Shown here: piece by piece, positions 28,359-37,448 of the stretch | Numbering within the stretch: the stretch's first letter is position 1 | Layout: each line of letters opens with the position of its first letter | Source of the DNA: a virus | Taxonomy: Duplodnaviria; Caudoviricetes | DNA: 64,000 nucleotides | IMG/VR virus record: IMGVR_UViG_2866816733_000004 | Coordinates: 1 to 64,000 of that record | Strand: one strand, 5' to 3' | Notes under the pieces: model-generated | Database searches by the model: none | Told to the model about the DNA's origin: nothing | The model's input: the letters and a program-made list of their open reading frames with translations, nothing else | Translations under genes and position numbers: made by a program

Positions 28359-28805
28359 GTGGCCGATCTAGTGATGAATCTGGTCAAGGGGAAGGTGCGT
28401 CAGTACACGGCGCTGCCCGGCACGAATGACGCGCTGATCGTCGTGCCGCTGGAAGCGACCGGCCTCGAGGCCGACGCGACGCTGAAGGACTACGACACCC
28501 TCGCCGCGCTCCTCGCCGGTTCGACCAACGAGCAGACCACCCTCGGCAGGAAAACGGTCACAGCGTCGATCACCGAGAACGTCGACGACACCAACGACCG
28601 CGTCGACGTCGACATGCCGGACATCGTCTGGGCCGCTACCGCGGGCAACCCGGTGGGCGCAGTACTGATCTGCTACGACCCGGACACCACGGGCGGCACC
28701 GACGCTGACATCGTCCCGCTGGTCAAGCTGGACACTCCGTTCACCCCGGACGGCACTGAGGTAACGATCTCCCTGAACGCCGCCGGGTTCTACCGGGCCG
28801 CGTAA
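28359..28805 (+). CDS. Small beta-rich virion structural protein (fibre/minor tail-like)
   Basis: VDDTNDRV.VD.PD..W, ICYDPDTT.GTD.DI.PL, TPDG...AGFYRA; SD GGGAGG. Confidence 0.7.
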   Translation: MADLVMNLVKGKVRQYTALPGTNDALIVVPLEATGLEADATLKDYDTLAALLAGSTNEQTTLGRKTVTASITENVDDTNDRVDVDMPDIVWAATAGNPVGAVLICYDPDTTGGTDADIVPLVKLDTPFTPDGTEVTISLNAAGFYRAA

Positions 28806-28818
28806 GGCCCCGATCCCC

Positions 28819-30018
28819 GTGCCGGCTCTGCTGCTCGACTCCGACACCTTCCCGTTCGCCGACGGCAACGCCGGACACCTCTGCGACCTCGGCGCCGCGC
28901 CCGCGGTCGGGGACCTGGACGTGCTGTGCGTCAACTCCGACACGGTCGTCACCATGCCGTCGGGGTTCTCGGCAGCAACATCCCGCGTCGCGAACCAAGG
29001 CAGCTACCTCTGGTACCGGAAGGCTGTCGGCGGCGAGGCCGCAACGGTCACGATCACCACAAGCGGCAACTTCAACTGCCAGGTGTCGTGGTCACGCTGG
29101 CGAGGGGTCGACGCGTTCGACAAGTCCGCTGTCGCCGGCGCGGACGCTTCCGCAGGGTCGGCGACCCCGACCGCAACCACAGCCGGGCTGGCCGCGACGA
29201 ACGAGCTCTCCATCGGGTTCGGCGCGATCCACGGCGCGGTCACCTCCAGCCCTGTCTGGTCGTCCGGGTACACGCCTCTGTCGGCGGTGACGCAGGGCAC
29301 CGGAGTCGGCGCCTCGACCGGGTACGTCGCGTACCGCACGGACGCCGGGACCGCGGCAGAGGCCCCGTCGGTGTCGTGGACGACCCCGGCACCCGACCGG
29401 TACATGCTGGTCGCGACGTTCACGACGGTCGCCGCGACGACAGTGAACGCCGGTCAGGCCACCGAAACAGACACTGCGCTTCCCGCGTCGCCGCGTAAAG
29501 CCCGTACCGCGGGCCAGGCCGTCGAGGCTGACTCAGCACTCGCCGTCCAGGCCATCACCAAGCTCGCCGTCGCAGGGATGGCGACAGAGACGGACACGGC
29601 GCTCCCAGCCGCGCTCCGGAAGACCCTGACGGCCGGACAAGCGACCGAGACCGACTCCGCGTTCCCGGCCACGGCCCGCAAGGTCGTGTACGCGAGCATC
29701 GCAGTCGACACCGAGACGGCGCTGCCGGCCACGCGCACGAAGCGGCTCGCAGCCGGGCAGGCAGTCGAAGCCGACTCGGCGCCGGCGCCCGCGGTCACGA
29801 AAACCATCGCCACTGGCCTCGCCGTTGAGACCGACACCGCCCGCCCCGCCACGGCCCTCAAGGTCCGCCGCGCGGGGATCGCCGTAGAGACGGACACGGC
29901 ACTGCACGCCACCGCCGGGGAGCTCGTTGACATCACCGTCACGGTTGGGCCGCTAGCACGCGGTTGGACGGTGGGGGAGCCGGCGCGGGGCTGGTCAGTC
30001 GGGGCGCCTACGACGTGA
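28819..30018 (+). CDS. Fibre-like protein: N-terminal beta domain + eight 20-aa repeats
   Basis: Repeats AG.A.E.D.A.P...K at ~29449-29916. Confidence 0.75.
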   Translation: MPALLLDSDTFPFADGNAGHLCDLGAAPAVGDLDVLCVNSDTVVTMPSGFSAATSRVANQGSYLWYRKAVGGEAATVTITTSGNFNCQVSWSRWRGVDAFDKSAVAGADASAGSATPTATTAGLAATNELSIGFGAIHGAVTSSPVWSSGYTPLSAVTQGTGVGASTGYVAYRTDAGTAAEAPSVSWTTPAPDRYMLVATFTTVAATTVNAGQATETDTALPASPRKARTAGQAVEADSALAVQAITKLAVAGMATETDTALPAALRKTLTAGQATETDSAFPATARKVVYASIAVDTETALPATRTKRLAAGQAVEADSAPAPAVTKTIATGLAVETDTARPATALKVRRAGIAVETDTALHATAGELVDITVTVGPLARGWTVGEPARGWSVGAPTT

Positions 30019-30027
30019 GGGAGTCCG

Positions 30028-30309
30028 ATGCTGTCGATCCCCTCGACGTCCAAGGAGTACCTCCACATCCCGGTCACCGGCGGGACGTTGTCCACGCCTG
30101 TGGATATCGCTGTGATCGCCGCAACCGCGGAGGAACCCACCTCGGGGGATTGGAAGCCCGCAGACGTGTGGGACGGCGCCGTCGCCAAGCTCCTCATCGG
30201 GCCGGGCGGCACGGTGCCCCTCGCCGACGGCGTGTACCGGGTGTGGGTGCGTGTCACCGCCACCCCGGAGATTCCAGTGCTCCGCTCCGGGCTTTTGGAG
30301 ATCACCTAA
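30028..30309 (+). CDS. Small beta-sandwich structural protein (BppU-like C-terminus)
   Basis: LLIGP.G...L..GVY.VWVRVT..PEIPV. Confidence 0.65.
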   Translation: MLSIPSTSKEYLHIPVTGGTLSTPVDIAVIAATAEEPTSGDWKPADVWDGAVAKLLIGPGGTVPLADGVYRVWVRVTATPEIPVLRSGLLEIT

Positions 30310-30779
30310 TGCAGGGTGACCCCCGCCAGGTCCCGTACGACATGCGCCCACACAGGGACGCCGTCCATGCCTGGTTCAGCCTGTCGTACAGCAACTACGC
30401 CGTCCTGCCCCGCACGCTGCTCCAGTCGATGCCCGACGAGTGGCAGAAACGCTTCGTGGAGCTCCTTGAGGAACTGCACACCGAGTTCGCCCACGTGGAG
30501 CAGGCCGACGGCTACGAAGTCACCGCAGGCTCGTGGCTGTACGCCAACGAATGCAGCTCAGCTCAACTCAAGGCGGCAGGCGTCAAGATTGTCGAGACCG
30601 ACGACGAAGACGGCACCGACGACGAGACCTGCTACGTCAACCGCGACGGCGACGAGATCGACGGCCACCAGTACGTGTTCGTGCCGGGCACCGAACCGAT
30701 CCCGCACTACAGCCGAGGACGCACCTACGTGCCTCCCGCCAGCGTCCTCAAAACGCTCAGGATAGAACCCGGCGAGTGA
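30309..30779 (+). CDS. Hypothetical phage protein
   Basis: H.WF.LSY.NY.VLPR.LLQSMP.EWQ.RFV motif; TAATG coupling. Confidence 0.75.
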   Translation: MQGDPRQVPYDMRPHRDAVHAWFSLSYSNYAVLPRTLLQSMPDEWQKRFVELLEELHTEFAHVEQADGYEVTAGSWLYANECSSAQLKAAGVKIVETDDEDGTDDETCYVNRDGDEIDGHQYVFVPGTEPIPHYSRGRTYVPPASVLKTLRIEPGE

Positions 30780-30788
30780 GGAGACTCG

Positions 30789-31484
30789 GTGCCCGCCGAC
30801 CTGCTGATCATCGTTCCGTCCCGTGGACGCCCCCACAACATCGCCGCCCTGTGGGACGCCTGGCAGGCCACGACCACCGGCGCCGCTGAACTCCTCGTCG
30901 CAGCGGACGACGATGACCCCACACTCCCCGGCTACCGGCAGGTGTGCGGAGAGCGGGGCATCGAGCTGCGGATCGGACCGCGGCGCCGCATGGTCCCGAC
31001 GCTCAACGAGGTCGCGCTCGAGCGGGCGACGCGACACTTCGCGCTCGGCTTCCTCGGAGACGACCACCGTCCCCGGACTCTGGGCTGGTCGGCGCACTAC
31101 CTCGCCCATCTCCAGTCCCTCGGCAGCGGCTTCGTTTACGGCAACGACCTGGTCGCCAAGGACCGGCTCCCGACGCAGTGGGCGCAGACCTCGGACATCG
31201 TCCAGACGCTCGGCGCGATGATCCCGGCGCACGTCACCCACCTCTGGGCCGACAATCAGATCTGGGATCTCGGTCACGCGATCGACCGGATCCGCTACCT
31301 CCCGGACGTCATCGTCGAGCATTGCCATCCGCTCGCCGGCACTGCCGACGACGATGACCGCTATCAGGAGGTGAACCACCCGGACGCCTTCGAGGCTGAC
31401 CGGCTGGTGTACGCCGACTGGTACGCCAACCAGTTCCCTGCGGATGCTGAGAAGCTCCGGACGCTGATCGGGGCGTCCAGGTGA
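30789..31484 (+). CDS. Glycosyltransferase (GT-A fold, GT2-like)
   Basis: LLIIVPSRGRP, VAADDDDP, FLGDDHRPRT.GW, H.WADN, VEH.HP. Confidence 0.8.
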   Translation: MPADLLIIVPSRGRPHNIAALWDAWQATTTGAAELLVAADDDDPTLPGYRQVCGERGIELRIGPRRRMVPTLNEVALERATRHFALGFLGDDHRPRTLGWSAHYLAHLQSLGSGFVYGNDLVAKDRLPTQWAQTSDIVQTLGAMIPAHVTHLWADNQIWDLGHAIDRIRYLPDVIVEHCHPLAGTADDDDRYQEVNHPDAFEADRLVYADWYANQFPADAEKLRTLIGASR

Positions 31485-32053
31485 CGGAGTGGCGGCTGTT
31501 CGACGGCGACCGACCGCACGTGTCAACGCTCGATTTCCATCGCGACCGGGAGCGTGCACCGCACCTGGAGCAGCCCGCCCATCACGACCGGCTCCACCGC
31601 GCCGCCGAGCACGTCCGCGGACTGCGGCCGACGAGTGTCGTTGACCTCGGCTGCGGCGACGGCGGGCTCCTGTCGCTGATCCGGGACATCCCGTCGTGGG
31701 GGTACGACTGGCAGCCGTCCAACGCCGCTGGCTGGGCCGCGCGCGACGTAACCGCGGAGACCCGCGACGTGTTCGAGTCCCGAGACGCGCCCCGCTGGGG
31801 CGAGTGCGCGGTCGCCACGGAAGTTCTGGAGCACCTCGCCGATCCCCATGGCACGGTCGCGTGGATCGCCGCCCATGCCCGCTACATCGTTGCGTCCTCG
31901 CCGGCGTTCGAGACCGGTGACTCGGCCAGCGAGTGTCACGCATGGGCGTGGGACGTCGACGGGTACGCCGACCTGATTTCCCCAAGCTTCACGATCTTGT
32001 CGCATGAGGTCGTCGGCTGGACACAACTGCTCGTCGGGGAGGCGCGGCGCTGA
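31481..32053 (+). CDS. Class I SAM-dependent methyltransferase
   Basis: VVDLGCGDGGLL, TEVLEHL.DP. Confidence 0.88.
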   Translation: MTEWRLFDGDRPHVSTLDFHRDRERAPHLEQPAHHDRLHRAAEHVRGLRPTSVVDLGCGDGGLLSLIRDIPSWGYDWQPSNAAGWAARDVTAETRDVFESRDAPRWGECAVATEVLEHLADPHGTVAWIAAHARYIVASSPAFETGDSASECHAWAWDVDGYADLISPSFTILSHEVVGWTQLLVGEARR

Positions 32054-32946
32054 TGGACGTCGTTGTGACCGGCGCGCGGGGCTTTCTAGGCCGACACCTC
32101 CAAGCGGCCCTGGAAGCACGCGGCGACTATGTCCTCGACATCGATGTGGATCCCGACCAGGAGTGCAACCGGGACGCGTTGGAGTTCTTCCGCGACGACC
32201 CGCACATGTGGGATCTAGCGATCCACTGCGCTGCGGTGGAGCCCCACCGCTCGGCGATCGACGGACGCGCCCTCGCGGTAGGCGCCGGAAACCTTGAACT
32301 GGATGCGGCGATGTTCGGGTGGGCGGCGCGTGTCCACCCAGGCCGCCTGGTCTACCTCTCCAGCTCGGCCGCGTACCCGGTGTACCTGCAGACCGGCGAC
32401 TACCGGGTGCCGCTGCGGGAGCACGACACGTGGGAACAGCCTGGTGAGGCCGACGCGATTTACGGCGCGGTGAAGGTGATGGGGGAGCGCCTCGCTCGCC
32501 TGTACCGGGAACAGGGCGGCGCTGTGACGGTTGTGCGGCCTTTCAGCGGCTACGGCGAGGACCAGTCCTCCGACTTCCCGTTTGGGGCATTCCGCGATCG
32601 CGCGCGGCGACGTGAGGACCCGTTCGTGGTCTGGGGCGATGGCACCCAGGTCCGCGATTGGATCCACGTGGACGATGTGGTGGGCGCTGTGCTCGCCGCG
32701 GTAGACGCCGCCGTGGACGGCCCGGTGAACATTGCTACCGGGATCGGGACGAGCATGGCGGAGCTCGCCGAGATGTTCTGCGCTCAGGTCGGCTACGACC
32801 CGCCTTTCGAGTACCTTACGGACCGGCCTGCCGGGGTGGCGTACCGCGTCGGTGACCCCACCGTCCTCAACGAGTTCTACAGGCCGAAGGTGACGCTCGC
32901 GGAGGGCGTGAAAAGAGCGCTCGCAAGGCAGCCCGTCAACATGTGA
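32053..32946 (+). CDS. NAD-dependent nucleotide-sugar epimerase/dehydratase (extended SDR)
   Basis: VTGARGFLG, YLSSSAAY, YGAVK, RPFSGYG, WGDGTQVRDWIHVDD. Confidence 0.93.
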   Translation: MDVVVTGARGFLGRHLQAALEARGDYVLDIDVDPDQECNRDALEFFRDDPHMWDLAIHCAAVEPHRSAIDGRALAVGAGNLELDAAMFGWAARVHPGRLVYLSSSAAYPVYLQTGDYRVPLREHDTWEQPGEADAIYGAVKVMGERLARLYREQGGAVTVVRPFSGYGEDQSSDFPFGAFRDRARRREDPFVVWGDGTQVRDWIHVDDVVGAVLAAVDAAVDGPVNIATGIGTSMAELAEMFCAQVGYDPPFEYLTDRPAGVAYRVGDPTVLNEFYRPKVTLAEGVKRALARQPVNM

Positions 32947-32974
32947 TCAACGTTCCGGTCTGGACAATAGACGC

Positions 32975-33211
32975 GTGAGCAACCGTGACGCCGAAAACTT
33001 CTGGACCGGGAACGGCGGCCACCTCTGGAAGACCGACCGGGGACCGGACAGCGCCTGCGCCCGCCCCGAGTGCGGCCTGTCCTATGCGCGGTGGAGCGGC
33101 GACCGGTGCCCGGCTGCGCCGGACTGTGACGCTGTGTTCGAGGGCGCGCGGTGCGGGCTTGAGCAGGGCCACGACGGCGACCACGAAGCCACGCTGGTGT
33201 GGGCGTCGTGA
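32975..33211 (+). CDS. Small Cys/His-rich protein
   Basis: C...C..C; CGL..GH.GDH. Confidence 0.55.
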   Translation: MSNRDAENFWTGNGGHLWKTDRGPDSACARPECGLSYARWSGDRCPAAPDCDAVFEGARCGLEQGHDGDHEATLVWAS

Positions 33212-33483
33212 CGAGCCTCAGCGACCTCAACCGCGAAGAGTGGGCGGACAAGCCGTACTTGATCGAACTTCGCGGCGGCAGGATGGACGGCAACCGCTTC
33301 CGCAGGAACAAGTTGGCGATCACCTGGTGCGTCCCTGAGATCGTAGAGCCCAGCCTCGTAACTGACGCGGACGGGATCTTCCGACCAGAACTCGTCCCGC
33401 TCTCGATCTACCGGCGGACAGGGATAGTCACCGACGACGGCGTCCACATCTACCAGTTCGAGGGCATCGAGCTGATCAACTGA
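33208..33483 (+). CDS. Hypothetical protein
   Basis: L.GG.MDG motif; GTGA coupling. Confidence 0.6.
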   Translation: MTSLSDLNREEWADKPYLIELRGGRMDGNRFRRNKLAITWCVPEIVEPSLVTDADGIFRPELVPLSIYRRTGIVTDDGVHIYQFEGIELIN

Positions 33484-33492
33484 CGGATCGGG

Positions 33493-34206
33493 GTGACCGT
33501 GCCCTCTCCGATCCCGTTGCTGGTCCTGACGAACGGCCGCCCGGACTGCATCACCAAGACGCTCCGCTCCGCGGCCGAGCATCTTCGCGGTGCCGCCCCG
33601 ATGGTGATCCTCGACGACTCCGGCGACGATGTGTACGGTCGGTGGCTGGAGGACGAGTTCATCGGCGGCCCGCTGGACGGCCACGTCCTCCACCTCAACA
33701 ACCAAGAGCGCGGCTACTGGCGGGCAATGCAGGCCGTGTGGCGGTACGCCCGCTACGTCTTCGACTACATGGGCGTGGACAAGGCTTTCTTCCTCGAGGA
33801 CGACTTCACGTTCAACGGGGACGTGCACGTCGACGATCTCGCCGGCGTGCTGGACGCGCACCCGCACCTGATCCAGATGGCTCTGTTGCGGCAGCCTTGG
33901 TTCGGCAACGAGGTCCGGCTCGGCGGGCTGATCGAAGCCCTCGAAGCGGGCGGCCAGGAGTTCACCGAGACCACCGACGGCACCCACTCGTGGGTCGAGC
34001 ACCGGGCCTGCTTCACTGGCAACCCGTCGCTGATCCCGCGACGCACGTTCGAGCGGGACTGGCCGGAAGGCAACTGGTCGGAGAGCAGGTTCGGCCGGGC
34101 GTTGTTCGCGGCCGAACCGGACGCGCATGGGGCGTACTGGGGCCGCCGCACCGACGCCCCTCGCGTGGAGCACATCGGCCACGAACGAGCCGGGTCCGAC
34201 TACTGA
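33493..34206 (+). CDS. Glycosyltransferase (GT-A fold)
   Basis: VLTNGR..C, ILDDSGD, FFLEDDF, QMAL.RQPW, FT.NPSL, VEHIG. Confidence 0.8.
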   Translation: MTVPSPIPLLVLTNGRPDCITKTLRSAAEHLRGAAPMVILDDSGDDVYGRWLEDEFIGGPLDGHVLHLNNQERGYWRAMQAVWRYARYVFDYMGVDKAFFLEDDFTFNGDVHVDDLAGVLDAHPHLIQMALLRQPWFGNEVRLGGLIEALEAGGQEFTETTDGTHSWVEHRACFTGNPSLIPRRTFERDWPEGNWSESRFGRALFAAEPDAHGAYWGRRTDAPRVEHIGHERAGSDY

Positions 34207-34499
34207 ACCTCGTTGCTCTCGCCGAGCATGTTGTAGACGGTCTGCCGGGCCAGCCCACTGTGGTTGATGATCGCCTGAGGCTGGGTGTCGCCTTCACCGT
34301 TGTGCCGCGCAGCGCGGACGGCGGCGTCCATGTACCGCATGATGTGTCGGACCTGCTCGCGTGCGGCCTTGAGGTCTTCGCCGAGGAACTGGAGCGTCTG
34401 TAGCGCATCGACCTCGGTCTCGAACTCGAAGACGGGCTCCTTGGTCCAGTCGAGGTCGGTCTCGATGTCGATCGGGCCGGTGAAGGTGATCTTGGCCAT
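34200..34499 (-). CDS. Small helix + HTH protein (antisense insert)
   Basis: AAVRAAR...QPQAIINHSGLARQTVYNML; SD GGGAG. Confidence 0.78.
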   Translation of the reverse strand: MAKITFTGPIDIETDLDWTKEPVFEFETEVDALQTLQFLGEDLKAAREQVRHIMRYMDAAVRAARHNGEGDTQPQAIINHSGLARQTVYNMLGESNEVQ

Positions 34500-34516
34500 G
34501 GTCGCTCCCATGCATT

Positions 34517-34571
34517 GTGTCTAATAGTAGACACTTTAGATTGTGAGCGGCGACCTGTCTAGTGCTAGACA
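34517..34571 (-). promoter_or_regulatory. Two TGTCTA-N4-TAGACA palindromes overlapping a - strand promoter
   Basis: 34517-34534 and 34556-34571; - strand TAGACA-17nt-TAAAGT. Confidence 0.72.
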
Positions 34572-34660
34572 CCTCCAAGCCCCCGGTCTGTCGTCGCCTC
34601 GTGGAGTGGGGTCGCCACGGCAGACCGGGCCCACCCACTCCACCCGAGGGACCCCGGAAG

Positions 34661-35224
34661 ATGCGCTTCTTCTACGACACCGAATTCATCGAGCGAGGCC
34701 CCACCTACCCGCTCGACCTAGTCTCGATTGGGATCGTCGCCGACGACGGCCGAGAGTTCTACGCCGTGAGCGCCGAGTTCGACCAGCGCGCACTGCTGTC
34801 CAACCCGTGGCTCGCCGAGAACGTCTGGCCGTCGCTGCCCACGACGGAGCCGCGCCAGTACCGCGACAGGCTCGCCCCGCATGGGCGCCTCGACCTCGAC
34901 GACCCAACGGTCCGGACCCGCGCCCAGATCGCCCGCGCAGTCCGCTCCTTCATCCTCGGCGACCACCCCGACGAACTGCCGTACGTGGAGCTGTGGGCAA
35001 ACTACGGCGCCTACGACCACGTCGCTTTGTGTCAACTGTTCGGGTCGATGGTGGACCTGCCCGATGGCATGCCGATGTTTACTCGCGACCTCCAGCAGGA
35101 GGCCGCACGGCTCGGTCTCAAGGACGCTGACCTTCCCAAGCAGTCTGAGGGGCTCCACAACGCGCTGGCCGACGCCCGCCACAACAAGGTGGTCGCGGAG
35201 TTCCTCAACGCTCAGGTTGCATGA
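34661..35224 (+). CDS. DEDDh 3'-5' exoribonuclease (RNase AS/Rv2179c-like)
   Basis: FFYDTEFIE, SIGIVADDGREFYAV, LWA.YGAYDHV.LCQLFG.M, HNALADAR. Confidence 0.9.
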   Translation: MRFFYDTEFIERGPTYPLDLVSIGIVADDGREFYAVSAEFDQRALLSNPWLAENVWPSLPTTEPRQYRDRLAPHGRLDLDDPTVRTRAQIARAVRSFILGDHPDELPYVELWANYGAYDHVALCQLFGSMVDLPDGMPMFTRDLQQEAARLGLKDADLPKQSEGLHNALADARHNKVVAEFLNAQVA

Positions 35225-35613
35225 TGATCCGCGCCTTCATCCGCGAGGACCTCCCCGGCATGTTCCTGGAGATCGCTCTCATCCAGGTGTCGGACGACAT
35301 GCCTCGCCGGATCCTGCGCATCGATGAGGCCGGCGCGAACACGACCTACCGGTGGGAGGACCTACCGGACCGTCCCACGAACGTCGCCCCGACGCTCCAA
35401 CTCGGTGACAGCGAGGCCCGCGCGCTGCTGGAGGCGCTGGGACGCCACTACAGCGGCGGCTCCGACGTCCGTGCCCTCCGAGCCGACCTGGACTACGAAC
35501 GCAAGCGCGTAGACGAGCTGATTGCCCTCATGGGCGCCGTCATCGCCAACGGGATACAACGACCGCCGCGCCGCCCGCCGGATCCGCTGATTCGGAAACT
35601 GGCCGGGGAGTAG
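35221..35613 (+). CDS. Hypothetical protein
   Basis: ATGA coupling; high GC3. Confidence 0.65.
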   Translation: MMIRAFIREDLPGMFLEIALIQVSDDMPRRILRIDEAGANTTYRWEDLPDRPTNVAPTLQLGDSEARALLEALGRHYSGGSDVRALRADLDYERKRVDELIALMGAVIANGIQRPPRRPPDPLIRKLAGE

Positions 35614-35615
35614 AC

Positions 35616-35795
35616 GTGACCACCGCCGACGAGGCCCATGTCGTCCCGCTCAACGACCTGATCGAACACGACACCGAAGGCGACTGCGTCTGCGTACCCG
35701 AGGCACGCCCGGTGACCCGCGATGACGGTTCGATTGCATGGCTGATGGTGCACCACTCGTTGGACGGGCGCGAGACCTCGGAGCAACTGCAGTGA
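35616..35795 (+). CDS. Small His/Cys hypothetical phage protein
   Basis: HVVPLNDLIEH...C.C.P...VHHSLDGRE, read manually. Confidence 0.7.
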   Translation: MTTADEAHVVPLNDLIEHDTEGDCVCVPEARPVTRDDGSIAWLMVHHSLDGRETSEQLQ

Positions 35796-36493
35796 CCCGC
35801 GTCCTCGTTGGCATTCCGTGGCGCCACCAGCCGCACCGCGTCTACGCCCACGACCTGACCGTCCAGCGCTACGAGGAACTGCTGCCGGACGCGACGGTCC
35901 TGGACTTCGACACCGAGCACGAGCAATTCTGTCTGGCTGGCGCGAGGAACTTGGCGGTCCGCTTCGGCGAGCGCGTCAGAGCCGACGTCATCGTCCTCGC
36001 CGACGCAGACACCCTCCCGGAGCGAGAGCCGCTCCTCGCCGCGATCGAAGGCGCCGCTCACAGCAGCGTGGTGCATCTGCCGTACACCGAGTACCGGTCG
36101 CTGCGCCGCGACGGCACCGACCAGTTCCTCGTCGGCGTCCCGTTGCAGGAGTGCAGCCACCTGGTCGTGGACGGCGCCTGCTCCGGCGTCTACGTCACCA
36201 CACCCGCCACCTGGGGGGCCCACGGCGGCCAAGACGAGCGATTCCGCGGCTGGTCGCCAGAGGACGCTGCCTGGATGGCCGCACACACGACCCTCCTCGG
36301 CGACCCGGTCCGCCACAGCGGACGCGTCTACGCCCTCCACCACGACTCACCACCGAAGACCGGCCCCGACCACGAAGCCGGCTACGCGCTGGTCTACCGC
36401 TACCACCAAGCCCAGGGCGACCTGGCCGCGATGCGCCGCCTGATCGCCGAGGCCGAGACCTGCAACAAGTCAACATCCGCCACCGGCGGGTAA
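35792..36493 (+). CDS. Glycosyltransferase (GT-A, galactosyltransferase/GT7-like C-terminus)
   Basis: IPWR, ARNLAV, DxD motif ADADT, GGQDERFRGW.PED. Confidence 0.85.
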   Translation: MTRVLVGIPWRHQPHRVYAHDLTVQRYEELLPDATVLDFDTEHEQFCLAGARNLAVRFGERVRADVIVLADADTLPEREPLLAAIEGAAHSSVVHLPYTEYRSLRRDGTDQFLVGVPLQECSHLVVDGACSGVYVTTPATWGAHGGQDERFRGWSPEDAAWMAAHTTLLGDPVRHSGRVYALHHDSPPKTGPDHEAGYALVYRYHQAQGDLAAMRRLIAEAETCNKSTSATGG

Positions 36494-36519
36494 GAGTGAT
36501 CATGGGCAGGTGATCCACG

Positions 36520-36753
36520 ATGGCCACCGAGGAGACCAGTCCCAGCGCAGCCGCAGCAACTCAACGCCTCCTGACCTATTGGGCGCATGGACCGGGCCGA
36601 GCAAAGATCATGCCTGAGGTTGAGGGCGCTTGGGATCGCTGCCATGTCGAGCTCGGCAAGTACATCCAGGGTCGGCAGCTCGATGGCTTCTGTGCCCGCG
36701 TGATTCATGAGGCCACGGGCCGCTGGCCTGGTCAGCATCGCGACAAGGACTGA
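36520..36753 (+). CDS. Conserved actinophage small protein
   Basis: L..YW..G.G.AKI...RC..EL.KY...G.CA..H.ATG.WPG. Confidence 0.7.
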   Translation: MATEETSPSAAAATQRLLTYWAHGPGRAKIMPEVEGAWDRCHVELGKYIQGRQLDGFCARVIHEATGRWPGQHRDKD

Positions 36754-36759
36754 CTGGCC

Positions 36760-37071
36760 ATGGCGTACGGTCCACGCTCCGCCCGCACATCCCCGCTGCC
36801 ATCGGACTGGGAAAGTTATCGTCGGCCAGCTGTGCTCGAGCGCGACGGGTACGTATGCCAGTGGGAGATCAGCAGGGACGGCACGAGGTGCGGCCGTCCA
36901 GCGACGGACGTCGACCACATGGGTGCGGCCGATGACCACCGCCTCGAGCTCCTGCGTGCGCTGTGCGGGCCGCATCATCGGCGTCGCTCCGGCGCGCAGG
37001 GTGCCGAGGCGATGCACGCGCGGAAGATCCCTCGGCAGCGGCCAGTGGAGCGGCATCCGGGTCTGCTGTGA
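36760..37071 (+). CDS. Packaging-associated HNH endonuclease
   Basis: LP.DW...R..VL.RDGY.CQ...C...ATDVDH...L..LC..HH; directly upstream of TerS. Confidence 0.85.
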   Translation: MAYGPRSARTSPLPSDWESYRRPAVLERDGYVCQWEISRDGTRCGRPATDVDHMGAADDHRLELLRALCGPHHRRRSGAQGAEAMHARKIPRQRPVERHPGLL

Positions 37072-37099
37072 CCGGGTCCCGCCTGCCTATGCGGCCTTT

Positions 37100-37448
37100 G
37101 GTGATCATGGTGAGGCGATGGGCTGGCGCCAGTACGTTGAGGACGTCGTGAGGCATGCGGCGATCACGGCCGGGTGATCACGGCGGTGGCGATCTTGAAG
37201 GAGTGATCATGGCGACGATGACCCAAGATCAACTCTGTCAAGATCAAAGTCACGCTCCATGCAACCGGGCAAACCGAACATTTCTCGCACCAAGATCATA
37301 ACCTGGGGGATATCCCCAAGATCATCCACTTCCCGCTCCGGCAGGGTATTGGCGCCGCCCACGCCTACGGGTCTGGGGCCTTGATCAACTAGCATCCATT
37401 TGATCATCATCGTTCCTTGATCTTGTTTCGGAGGGATGGTGACTGATC
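37100..37448. other. Probable cos/packaging region with 13 GATC motifs
   Basis: Non-coding gap between HNH and TerS; CAAGATCA x4, GGGGATATCCCC palindrome, TTGATC x3. Confidence 0.55.

Noticed and set aside
29449-29916. ~60-bp periodic DNA repeats as a possible CRISPR array or DGR variable region
   Set aside because: In-frame degenerate protein repeats; no unique spacers, cas genes or reverse transcriptase in the window
30789-36493. Glycosyltransferases as a DNA base-hypermodification system
   Set aside because: No recognisable hydroxymethylase, TET/JBP or phage polymerase, and a late-operon location; kept only as an alternative to test
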